A DNA stretch of 64,000 nucleotides from an uncultured Vampirovibrio sp. (GCA_964503025.1 CAZCZF010000002.1:2999-66998), one strand, 5' to 3'. Counted from the stretch's first letter, positions 46,904 to 56,072 are shown. The notes: generated from the letters alone by a model not told the origin. A program made the numbers and translations.

Positions 46904-47670
46904 ACATTTTGGTTGTCGGAAACAGTGACACTAATGTCTTGTCTTTGCTTTCTGAATCCAAGTATTTGAATAAAATTTTTACTACATTTGAGTCGGAAGG
47001 ATTTACTAATATTCGCTATAATACATTCAGAGAGCTTGCGGTAAAGTGCAAGTCTTTAAAGATTGATATTGTTTTAGTAGAAGATAAAAAATTGATTTTG
47101 CAGGGTATTGCGGATGTATTGCGTGCGAATTTTATTAATTGTATTGCGCTAACTTCAGATTGGACCAAACTTATTTTATCAAGCCGGTTTGCGCGAAATA
47201 TTGCAGAAAAATATGGTATTGCCGTTCCTGAAAAATTTAAGTATCCAAAAACATTCCCGCTTGTTTTGCGTGCGGATGGAAAGAAAGAATTTGTAAATTC
47301 AATGGCTGAATTAATCGAGGTAAGGAAGAATTTTTTGAATGTGCCTACAGAAATTACTCAAACAATATATCTGGAACAATTCTTGGAAGGTGAAAAATAT
47401 ATGTTAACATCATTTTTTGATGGGAAAAATGCTGTGACATTTCAGGTCGAAGGACTCTCTTCCGATTTAATTGCCGAGTATAACAAAAAAATTCAAACTA
47501 TGTTTGTGAAAGAGGTGGCAAATTTTATCGGATATATAAATTCCGATGTTATTCTCTCAGATGGTGTTTTGTATAATATTGGATTTAATATTGATTTTCC
47601 GCAAAAATTCCCTCAGGATATGCTTTATATTTTTGTTTTAGCTATATATCAAAAACTTGATGAGCTTTAA
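46891..47670 (+). CDS. Degenerate, truncated PurD-like (GAR synthetase N + ATP-grasp remnant) protein
   Basis: LNILVVG, IDIVLV, QGIADVL, KYGIAVP, PLVLRADG, LEQFLEGE; GGREHA absent and C domain absent. Confidence 0.65.
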   Translation: MQKLNILVVGNSDTNVLSLLSESKYLNKIFTTFESEGFTNIRYNTFRELAVKCKSLKIDIVLVEDKKLILQGIADVLRANFINCIALTSDWTKLILSSRFARNIAEKYGIAVPEKFKYPKTFPLVLRADGKKEFVNSMAELIEVRKNFLNVPTEITQTIYLEQFLEGEKYMLTSFFDGKNAVTFQVEGLSSDLIAEYNKKIQTMFVKEVANFIGYINSDVILSDGVLYNIGFNIDFPQKFPQDMLYIFVLAIYQKLDEL

Positions 47671-47714
47671 CCCATCAAGTTTTGATAATATTTTAAAGTT
47701 ATTTACTTATTTAT

Positions 47715-49601
47715 TTATTCTCCAAGAAGCTTGTCAGCTAATGGTGATTCGACTTTCCCGTTCAAGGTTTTAGAAACTTTTTTTATGTTTTCTGCCATTT
47801 TTTCCATTTCCGGAGTCCATACAAAGTTGTCAAGGACATATTTTTCTCCTTTAGAGAAATCGCCCTTTAGCTGAACCTGTATTATTTCTTCTAACATTTT
47901 ACGCGCGGTTGGCACCATTTTGTCGATATTTACATTTAAAATGCCATCCGGAGAAATTTCTATTGCGCCTTCTTTGATGAAATAATAATTTTGCATGACC
48001 GAACGAACCCTATGAGCCTGACTCAAAGTCGGTTTAGACATCATCATATTATCTGCAGCATAAGTTACAATAATTTGTTTTCTCTGCTCCGGTGTGTACA
48101 TTCCGGCTTCTGTCAGCAAATCTAACATGGCAAGAGAAATCATATCAGCTTTGTTTTCTTCAATTATTGATTTATACTTGCCTAATCCTTCTGTGCCGGA
48201 TTTTGGTCCGAGTGAGTGTCCGTTTTCGTGTCCGACAGTAAACCAATGGTCTGCTTCATCGTTGTAGAATTGATGTAATTCAGGATTAAGCGTTGCGTTC
48301 AGTCTCTTTTTCATTTTTTCGCGTGCATCGTCTGATGTAATCAAACGAATTTGCCTGTGGTAAACATTTCTTCTGCCACCGTCAAGTTCTTTGATGGAAA
48401 GCTTGTCGTCATTTGGTAAGTTTTCCGCAAGTGTAATTCCCGCTCTAAATTCTCCAACATCACCGGTTACGGCTACTAAATCCGCATCAACCATAGTCTG
48501 TTTTGATTCTTTGTCAGGAGAAATATTTTGGATGTAATCATCTTTGAACGGCATATTTTGTGCCATTAATGGTAAATAATTTTTAACTCCCAGTATGGCT
48601 TCTGTTCCTTTTTTGTTGATAATTCCCACTCTTCCGCCGAGAAAATCCTTGGCAACCGGTATAATTCCGTTTTCATCAAGCAATTTTTTTAATTCAGGAT
48701 TTTCCACAACCGTTTCTGTTAATTCATCAGAGTAGTTTTCTCTTGTTATTGTAAATTCCAGCGGTGTATCTTGCAGAGTTGCCCACTTTTTATCAGCATA
48801 AGCATCAAGCATTGGATCTGCTGTTCTTAGAGCTTTTGCTTGCAAAAGTAAGAACTCATTAAAATCTGCATTTGTGGAAGTTTCTGCAGCTTTTTCCAAT
48901 TCGGATGCCATAATCGCAAAATCGTCTTTGAATTTGTCTACATAATCGGTTGCAACAAGTTCATTTCCTGCTCTTTCCACAACCGAACGCTGATTAAGTA
49001 TTTTGGCAACTTCGTCCACTTCTCCCTTTTGAAGCATGTTGATAAGGATTGAATGGAACTCTTCTTTTTCCAAATCTTGCGGGTAAACGCCTTTTCCGGC
49101 ACGCATTGAAACTCCTTTTACAAGTTCAATCATGTTACTTTCTCTATCGAGAGAGCAAACTCCCTTTTGTGCATCAAAAAGAATTTTTGTAAGTTTAGCT
49201 TGCTCGTTTCCTTTTGCAATTTCATCTTCAAGAAATTCTTTAAAAGGCAGGTTATTTGGGTTATCAAGTTGCATATTAACCTTGTCTAATGCAATTGCCG
49301 CTTTTACCAAGTGTTTTAATGCTTCTTTGTCTCCATCTGCAAGTTCTGCGTATTCAGGCGCATCAACAGCTAACATTTTTTTTGTTGTTAAATAATCTTT
49401 ATGTGTTCTTTTATTTAGTTCTTCCATTGAAAGATTTAATTCAAAATCTTTTTTTCCAATATTTACGTTGTTAATCATGCTCATTTTATCAAGCTCCTCT
49501 AATAATTTATTTGAATTTTCAGCAATCTTGTTCTGAGGTGCTTTTGAGTCAACACCTCTTGTTGTTATGTTATTAATTCTATTAATCGGGTTAATATTCA
49601 T
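47715..49601 (-). CDS. Peptidase M49 (DPP III / NUDT3-like) zinc metallopeptidase with Asn-rich N-terminal extension
   Basis: AENLPND, GHENGHSLGP (HExxH), IEENKAD. ATG at 49601 (MNINPI...). Confidence 0.78.
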   Translation of the reverse strand: MNINPINRINNITTRGVDSKAPQNKIAENSNKLLEELDKMSMINNVNIGKKDFELNLSMEELNKRTHKDYLTTKKMLAVDAPEYAELADGDKEALKHLVKAAIALDKVNMQLDNPNNLPFKEFLEDEIAKGNEQAKLTKILFDAQKGVCSLDRESNMIELVKGVSMRAGKGVYPQDLEKEEFHSILINMLQKGEVDEVAKILNQRSVVERAGNELVATDYVDKFKDDFAIMASELEKAAETSTNADFNEFLLLQAKALRTADPMLDAYADKKWATLQDTPLEFTITRENYSDELTETVVENPELKKLLDENGIIPVAKDFLGGRVGIINKKGTEAILGVKNYLPLMAQNMPFKDDYIQNISPDKESKQTMVDADLVAVTGDVGEFRAGITLAENLPNDDKLSIKELDGGRRNVYHRQIRLITSDDAREKMKKRLNATLNPELHQFYNDEADHWFTVGHENGHSLGPKSGTEGLGKYKSIIEENKADMISLAMLDLLTEAGMYTPEQRKQIIVTYAADNMMMSKPTLSQAHRVRSVMQNYYFIKEGAIEISPDGILNVNIDKMVPTARKMLEEIIQVQLKGDFSKGEKYVLDNFVWTPEMEKMAENIKKVSKTLNGKVESPLADKLLGE

Positions 49602-49651
49602 AGACTTCGGACTTGATTGTAACACATTTTGCGGGGTATTTCAATGATTGA

Positions 49652-49876
49652 TTAAAAGGTGAAATCAAACAGTTCCTTCATTTCAACATTTAAAGCATTG
49701 GCAAGAATTACCATTGTATGAATTGTTACATTGGCTTCACCTCGTTCTATTTGTCCGATATAGTTAAAGTTCATGTCAACAATTTCTGCAAGCTTCATCT
49801 GTGAAAGCTTCTGCGATTTTCTTATGTATGCCAATTTGGCTCCGAATTTCTTTTCAAGATTTTCATTAACACTCAT
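49652..49876 (-). CDS. XRE-family HTH regulator
   Basis: FGAKLAYIRKSQKLSQMKLAE...YIGQIERGEANVT...LANAL. Confidence 0.9.
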   Translation of the reverse strand: MSVNENLEKKFGAKLAYIRKSQKLSQMKLAEIVDMNFNYIGQIERGEANVTIHTMVILANALNVEMKELFDFTF

Positions 49877-50066
49877 GATAAAAGTATAGTATTAGTGCTG
49901 ACCTATTTCTAATTACTGTTAGATAACAAATACTAGTTATTAACCATTAAGAATTGTAAAAAATAGTATATACTAATGACCAAAAATATTATTTTCATGT
50001 TTACATGCTGTTTCTAAGAACGATACATTTGTTTCTTCTTCGGTTGCATTTGAAGGTATTACACAA

Positions 50067-51851
50067 ATGGGAATTGCACAACAAAGGGGGCTTTTGTTTC
50101 ATATAACAAGTTTGCCTGCAACTCGTTCTTTTTGTGGGCAATTTGGAGATGTGCAGACTTCAGCTTTTATAAAATGGCTTAAGAAAGCAAAACAGACACA
50201 CTGGATTATGAATCCGCTAAATGCCCTTGATGATACGTTATGCCCTTATGGTGCAAATGGAAGATTTAGCAGGAATAAATTTATTGTAAATCTTAACAAG
50301 CTTACAGGAAAAGAGTATGGCAAAATTCTTAAGCCAAAAGAGTTGCCTGATGATATTACAACTCCGAATTTTACTTTAGATATGTTAGAACGACAGAAAA
50401 ATCCGAGATTTAAACTGGCGTATGATAGGTTTAAAAAATTACCGGATGAAATGCCGATAAAGAAAGAGTATAACAATTTTGTTGAAAAGCAGGGTGATCT
50501 GTGGCTTAAGGATTATGCAAGTTTTGATGTTTTATCCAGAAAATTTGGTTCAAATTGGCATAATTGGGAAAAGGAACTTCAATCAGCGCCGGAAGATGCC
50601 AAGAAAAACGGAGTCTCTCTTGATGAACAGATATTAAAAGTTTTAGATGGAAAAATTAATAAAAATGAGTATTATGACGGATTAGGATTATATAAGTTTG
50701 AACAATTTTTGTATGACAAGCAATATAACGAAATGACGGAAGAATTGAAAAGTAATGGCATTCGTATGTTGTTAGATTTACCTATCGGCGTAAGTTCATG
50801 TGGTGTAGATACGTGGGGTAAGAAGGGCATTTTCTTGTTAGATAAAAATTATAAACCATTGAAAGTAAGTGGTTGTCCTTCGGAAAAAGCATATCCGTAT
50901 ACGCAAGTTTGGGGACACGCATTATACAATTATGATTCACCTGAATTTTGGGATTATCAGGAAGCTTCTATCAAGCAACTTCTACAGAATGCCGATTTAA
51001 GGTTGGATCATTTTGTCGGTTATATTAATAGGGCTGCAATACCTACGGAATACAAGAAAGCAGATGGAACTATTTTAAGAGGAAATGATATTTTTAAACC
51101 GGTGGCTAAGGGCGGTATGGGTGAAGGCTTTTTTGATAACTCATGGATTGAAGATATTTATAACAAAAAAAGTCCTAAAGGCGAAAATATTATAGACTTA
51201 TTTATTCGTTCTGCGTGCGAACTTGGTTTGAAACCGGAAGAAACCTATGTTTTAGAAGATTTTGGACCTCTTGCCAAGACAAAGTTATATAAAGAATTTC
51301 AAAAGAAATCCGGAAAGAATTTTATAAGTCAGCATGTTCCTGTAGGAATGGATATTTGTGACTCTAAAAACAAAAAGAAGATGAAGTATAATATAGCAAT
51401 TTTAACCGGAAACCATGATATGCCACCACTAAGAGAGTTTGTGGATAAGTTGATGGGCAAAGGCAAAGATGTTAACCAAAAAACGCAGAAGAAATTTTTA
51501 AACTTTTGCAAAGAAGAATTAAAATTAACAGAAGAAGAATTGAAAGATTCAAATGCAGTTTTTGAAAATTTGTTGAAATGGCATTATACAAATAATGTAA
51601 AACAGGTACAAACAACATTACAGGATGCATTGGGAATATATTTCCGTCCTAATATTCCGGGATTTTGGAATGGAATAAAGGATAAATTCTTGATGAAAAC
51701 AACTCCTGAAGCTCTTTTGCCTTATTGGAGCAGAGTTTTTCCAAAGAACTTTTTGGAACGTAACAGTGAAAGCGGAATAAACTCTGGATATAAAAATCTT
51801 GCAGATAAATTTGTTGAAATTATGCAAAGTTTGTATCCAAAAGAAAAATAA
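50067..51851 (+). CDS. malQ: 4-alpha-glucanotransferase (GH77, amylomaltase)
   Basis: GLLFHITSLP, LDLPIGV, QVWG, RLDHF, EDFG, TGNHD: catalytic D/E/D all present. Confidence 0.85.
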   Translation: MGIAQQRGLLFHITSLPATRSFCGQFGDVQTSAFIKWLKKAKQTHWIMNPLNALDDTLCPYGANGRFSRNKFIVNLNKLTGKEYGKILKPKELPDDITTPNFTLDMLERQKNPRFKLAYDRFKKLPDEMPIKKEYNNFVEKQGDLWLKDYASFDVLSRKFGSNWHNWEKELQSAPEDAKKNGVSLDEQILKVLDGKINKNEYYDGLGLYKFEQFLYDKQYNEMTEELKSNGIRMLLDLPIGVSSCGVDTWGKKGIFLLDKNYKPLKVSGCPSEKAYPYTQVWGHALYNYDSPEFWDYQEASIKQLLQNADLRLDHFVGYINRAAIPTEYKKADGTILRGNDIFKPVAKGGMGEGFFDNSWIEDIYNKKSPKGENIIDLFIRSACELGLKPEETYVLEDFGPLAKTKLYKEFQKKSGKNFISQHVPVGMDICDSKNKKKMKYNIAILTGNHDMPPLREFVDKLMGKGKDVNQKTQKKFLNFCKEELKLTEEELKDSNAVFENLLKWHYTNNVKQVQTTLQDALGIYFRPNIPGFWNGIKDKFLMKTTPEALLPYWSRVFPKNFLERNSESGINSGYKNLADKFVEIMQSLYPKEK

Positions 51852-51863
51852 AATTTAATTTGT

Positions 51864-51895
51864 GCCGCTTTTCACACTTCATAGCGGCTTTTTTT
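51864..51895 (+). terminator. Terminator between convergent malQ and the HD gene
   Basis: GCCGCT ... AGCGGC followed by T7. Confidence 0.6.
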
Positions 51896-52724
51896 ATCCC
51901 AACATTGCAACATTTGTTTTGCCGAATTTTGCGGACAAATCATCAATGTGATGAATAAGATACACATAAGGTTCTAAGTCTTTTTCGTTCAAATCAACGA
52001 TTGCACCCCAGTCTGTTCTTGCGTGGTGTGCTGCAATCATTTTTGCTACACGCTTAAATCCGGATGTCATACAAATTGAAAATCCGTACTGAGAGTGCGA
52101 AATCCATTCTTTGCGGAAATCTTCTTCATAATCAATCAAGCCTGATTCGGTATCTACTTTATATTCAAATATTTTACCAATATCATGCAACAAACAAGCC
52201 GCAAAAACTTCATCACTGTTAACTCTTTGGAAAAATACTTCCAAATTGGCTTCTGCATATTTTAAACATTCGTGGGTATGAACCATTAATCCACCCACGT
52301 AATTGTGATGCATTAACTTTGCTGCCGGCATGATAAGAATTTTGTCTTTATTTTCGCTGTATATATTTGATACAAAGCTTTTTAATTTTTCGTCTTTGAT
52401 TTTTTCGATATAACTTAAAAGAGCGTTATATTCAGAAATTCTTTCTTCTTCGCTAAGTCCAATTTTTGCTTCTTTAATTAATTCCAACGCAGAAACAAGA
52501 CAGTTGTTGTATTTTTCGTTATAAGAACCTGATACTATTCTAAGCAAGTTGCCACATCTGAACAACTTTGAGTCCATTCTGTTTAGAGCTTCTTCCCAGA
52601 GGATACAGTTTAAAGTCTCTCCGTTTTCCGGATTTTTTAACTGTAATTTCCCCATTTTGCTACCGGACTTTGTGTCTCCGATTGCAAATGTTACAACTTC
52701 ATAGATAATATCTGTGCTAAACAT
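51894..52724 (-). CDS. OB-fold + HD-domain 3'-5' exoribonuclease, YhaM-like
   Basis: N-terminal OB fold; HHNYVGGLMVHT, LLHDIGKIFEY, AAHH, IDDLSA. Start uncertain (52724, 52730 or 52757). Confidence 0.78.
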   Translation of the reverse strand: MFSTDIIYEVVTFAIGDTKSGSKMGKLQLKNPENGETLNCILWEEALNRMDSKLFRCGNLLRIVSGSYNEKYNNCLVSALELIKEAKIGLSEEERISEYNALLSYIEKIKDEKLKSFVSNIYSENKDKILIMPAAKLMHHNYVGGLMVHTHECLKYAEANLEVFFQRVNSDEVFAACLLHDIGKIFEYKVDTESGLIDYEEDFRKEWISHSQYGFSICMTSGFKRVAKMIAAHHARTDWGAIVDLNEKDLEPYVYLIHHIDDLSAKFGKTNVAMLG

Positions 52725-52759
52725 TTTCATTCCCCCAGTACGTAAATATTGTAGCATAA

Positions 52760-52791
52760 AAAAAGAATTGAATTTTACTTCAATTCTTTTT
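52760..52791 (-). terminator. Intrinsic terminator after the glycine-zipper gene
   Basis: AAAAAGAATTGAA-ttttac-TTCAATTCTTTTT perfect stem. Confidence 0.85.
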
Positions 52792-52796
52792 CCTTA

Positions 52797-53111
52797 TTAC
52801 GGTTTTTTCTTTTTTTCCTCTTCGTTTACATCATCAATTGCGTGACCAAGCATACCACCGGCTGTACCCATTGTTGCTGCATAAATTCCGTACGCAATAG
52901 GAGTTGCTAAGCCTCCGCTAATAAGTGCTACTGCTCCTATCCCAATAAGTGCTCCCAGACCGGCTCCTTTTGCAGTGTAACCTTTAAAAGCTACTGTGTC
53001 TTGTATTGGTTCTGACTCCGGAGTTGTTTTCAGACCTTGATGATTACGCACACATTTTTGTTTTGAGATTGTGCGAGGGTTCTCATAATGTTGGATAGCA
53101 GAAATTCTCAT
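52797..53111 (-). CDS. Small glycine-zipper membrane protein with polar N-terminal leader
   Basis: 44-aa polar leader ending VAFKG, then GAGLGALIGIG...GTAGGMLGHAID and a charged tail. Confidence 0.75.
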   Translation of the reverse strand: MRISAIQHYENPRTISKQKCVRNHQGLKTTPESEPIQDTVAFKGYTAKGAGLGALIGIGAVALISGGLATPIAYGIYAATMGTAGGMLGHAIDDVNEEEKKKKP

Positions 53112-53144
53112 AATAAAATCCTCTTTTCAAAAACACACCCATGC

Positions 53145-53173
53145 AGATTACACTAAAAAATGGATTTTGTCAA
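53145..53173 (-). promoter_or_regulatory. Near-consensus sigma70 promoter of the glycine-zipper gene
   Basis: Minus strand TTGACA-N17-TAATCT; AGAGG RBS. Confidence 0.75.
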
Positions 53174-53248
53174 CCCTTTAGGGCAAAATATAGCTCTTTG
53201 TGATTAACCGTTGCGGGGAATAAAAAATATTGTATAAACGCGTATTAT

Positions 53249-54838
53249 ATGGGTGCTATGAATTACAATTATAATGAAGATTATCAATATGACAGTTGTG
53301 TCTCACGCGGACTTTGTTCCATAAATCCTAAAACTTCTTCGTTACAGGAAATTTTGGTTTTGTACTTGAAACAAACCGCGCATTACGCACTAAAACTTTA
53401 TGATTACGGTTATTGTGATGAAAGCGCGCGAAATATTATTTTGAACACAATATCAATAATGGTTTCTAATTTTGAATTTTCTGAGACGGATTTTTGGATG
53501 TTAACGTCAGGATTTAATAAAGTTTTGCCGAAATTGATTGATAAATACAAAAAAATGTGTGAAGAGCAAAATGTTTCTCCGCAGATTTTGGAGACGAGTC
53601 TTAAATTTGGTCAAAAGATGGATATAATCAAGTTGATAAGACTTGGGGAAAAAGAATTTTTGAAAAAATCAAAAGAACTTTCTGTAGAAATAATGAATTT
53701 GTACAAGATTGCTTTTGTATTAGCAAAAAGTATTTGTATTAATCTGCTTGATTTGGAGACATTTGATTCAACAAATCCTAAGATAAAAGAAGGGTATTTG
53801 TCTATTTTGCATTTACTTGATTCTTTAAATTCTGTGGAGCAAAATTCTGAAAAAATAAAAATATTTATGGAAGAAATTGCTTCTGTTGATAATTGTTTGA
53901 TGAAAACTCTGCAAACAGTAAAAGAAGAGCGCTATGGTAAGGCGCGAATAAAAGAGGTCTCTTACTCCACTACATCCGGAAAAGCCGTATTAGTTGTCGG
54001 CTCTAATATTAGAGAGTTAGAGGATGTTCTTGAAGCACTCAAAGGTAAGAATATTGATGTTTATACGCATGATGAAATGATTTTGGCGAATACTTATCCC
54101 AAATTTGAAGAGTATCCAAATTTGAAAGGACAATTCGGTCAAGGAATTGAAAATTGTTTGCTTGATTTTGCAACATTTCCGGGACCTATTATTTTAACAA
54201 GACATTCTCTGTATAACGTGGAACATCTCTATAGAGGGTTGTTGTTTACAACAGATTTTGCAACCTCCAAAGGTGTAATTTCGATTAAAAATAAAGATTT
54301 TTCTGAAGTTATAAAATTTGCCGAAGTGGCAAAAGGTTTCAAGAAAGGAAAACAATGCGAAAGCGTGAGCGTTGGATATGATTATGACAAGCTCATAGCA
54401 CAGGTTAAGGAGGCGGAAAAGAGTTATAAACATGTTTTTATTATAGCGTTGGGCGCGTACACGTTAGAACAAAAAGTATACTTTGAAAAGTTGCTTTCAC
54501 AATTGCCTGATGATGTTTTGGCGGTTTCACTTTCTTATTGTGCAAAACGAAGCAACATTATTTGTCTGAATGCTTGTTTTGATTCGGCTGCAATTACCAA
54601 AATTACAGATGGCTTAACAAATGAGATTCCTCTTCCTATAACGGTGTTTTTTCCGACTTGCGGAAGGCATACAATTTCTCAAATGATATATCTTGCAAAA
54701 AAGGAAAAAGTGAATGTTTACGCGGGAAAATGCACTCCTATAATGCTGAATCCTACTATGATGACAACATTTCATACAGTTTTTGGAATAAATGCACTGA
54801 CTTCTGTAAAGAAAGATTTGAAGGAAATATTATCTTAA
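53249..54838 (+). CDS. Degenerate hybrid-cluster protein (Hcp/prismane)-like protein
   Basis: CVSRGLCS...SLQEIL and VYTHDEM...YPKFEEYPNLKGQFG resemble Hcp; many Fe-S ligands missing. Confidence 0.65.
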   Translation: MGAMNYNYNEDYQYDSCVSRGLCSINPKTSSLQEILVLYLKQTAHYALKLYDYGYCDESARNIILNTISIMVSNFEFSETDFWMLTSGFNKVLPKLIDKYKKMCEEQNVSPQILETSLKFGQKMDIIKLIRLGEKEFLKKSKELSVEIMNLYKIAFVLAKSICINLLDLETFDSTNPKIKEGYLSILHLLDSLNSVEQNSEKIKIFMEEIASVDNCLMKTLQTVKEERYGKARIKEVSYSTTSGKAVLVVGSNIRELEDVLEALKGKNIDVYTHDEMILANTYPKFEEYPNLKGQFGQGIENCLLDFATFPGPIILTRHSLYNVEHLYRGLLFTTDFATSKGVISIKNKDFSEVIKFAEVAKGFKKGKQCESVSVGYDYDKLIAQVKEAEKSYKHVFIIALGAYTLEQKVYFEKLLSQLPDDVLAVSLSYCAKRSNIICLNACFDSAAITKITDGLTNEIPLPITVFFPTCGRHTISQMIYLAKKEKVNVYAGKCTPIMLNPTMMTTFHTVFGINALTSVKKDLKEILS

Positions 54839-54906
54839 CATAATTTGTTCTTATTTTGAATTTGAGGTATATTGGAGAAATAAGAAATATTTGGGAGAAG
54901 CAAGGT

Positions 54907-56058
54907 ATGCAAAATTCATCTACGATATTTATTCTTGACAAAAATCAAGATTCAAGAAATATTATCAAATCTTTTGTTCAGGGGCTTGATTTTGTTGATG
55001 ACGTAAAACTTTATGATGATTTTCAACAGGGATATGATGAGATTAAAAAATCGGCATCACCTATTGTTATAATGGATATATCGGAAGAATTTTCTGATTT
55101 GAAGGAAATTGCGGATAATATCAAACTTTGTACTTCCAAGATTATAATAACGTCGGTTAATTATGCGACGGATACGATAATAAAAGCGTTGCGATACGGT
55201 GCTAAGGAATTTTTGCCAAAGCCTGTATTGAAAGATGATTTGATGCGTGTTGTTTCAATGTTGGCGAGTATTTCTCCTGAAAACGAATCTTCTCAATCAA
55301 AAATTATTACGGTTTATTCAAATAAAGGTGGAATTGGAAAAACGACTTTGGCAGTTAATTTAGCAACGGAGCTTGCTAAGGTGACAAAAGAAAAAGTTGC
55401 TCTTATCGATTTGAATTTGCAACTGGGCGATGTTTCAACATTCTTGAATCTCAATCCGCCTTTCGACGTGAACTATGTAATAAAAAGGTTGTTGGATAAG
55501 GATGAAAATATTTTTATAAAAGGTTTTGAAAAATATAAAGATTTACCACTATATGTTTTGTCAGATCCGAGCTACATAGAACAAGCGGAAAGTATTACTG
55601 TAAACCAAGTTACGGCTTTGTTTGCGGCATTGAAAAAAGTTTTTTCATATATAGTAGTTGATATGTCATCAAGTATTGCCCCAATTTCCTTGAAAATTCT
55701 TGATGAATCGGATTGGGTTTTGTTTACTACAATAGTAAACATTCCTGCAATAAGAAATGCTCAAAGATGCTTAAATCTTTTCCGCTCAAGGAAATATCCG
55801 TCGGGTAAGGTTAAAATTGTCATTAATCGTTACATGGAAAATGACGAAATTAAAATTGATGATATTGAAAATACGCTTGGTGAAACTGTTTATTGGAAAA
55901 TTCCGAATAATTACTTTACTATTATGGAAGCAATCAATAAGGGTGTAAGCATATCCGAAGTTAATTCCGAATCCAATATCGGAAGCAGTTTTAGAGATTT
56001 TGCAACAAAAGTTTCGGATGATATTATTGAGCAGTCTGTAATACAATACAGAGTTTAG
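54907..56058 (+). CDS. CpaE/TadZ-like receiver + MinD/ParA-type ATPase
   Basis: Receiver domain (IMDIS, GAKEFLPKP); YSNKGGIGKTT, IDLNLQLGD, VINR. ATG at 54907. Confidence 0.85.
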   Translation: MQNSSTIFILDKNQDSRNIIKSFVQGLDFVDDVKLYDDFQQGYDEIKKSASPIVIMDISEEFSDLKEIADNIKLCTSKIIITSVNYATDTIIKALRYGAKEFLPKPVLKDDLMRVVSMLASISPENESSQSKIITVYSNKGGIGKTTLAVNLATELAKVTKEKVALIDLNLQLGDVSTFLNLNPPFDVNYVIKRLLDKDENIFIKGFEKYKDLPLYVLSDPSYIEQAESITVNQVTALFAALKKVFSYIVVDMSSSIAPISLKILDESDWVLFTTIVNIPAIRNAQRCLNLFRSRKYPSGKVKIVINRYMENDEIKIDDIENTLGETVYWKIPNNYFTIMEAINKGVSISEVNSESNIGSSFRDFATKVSDDIIEQSVIQYRV

Positions 56059-56072
56059 GTTAAGGAGAATAC

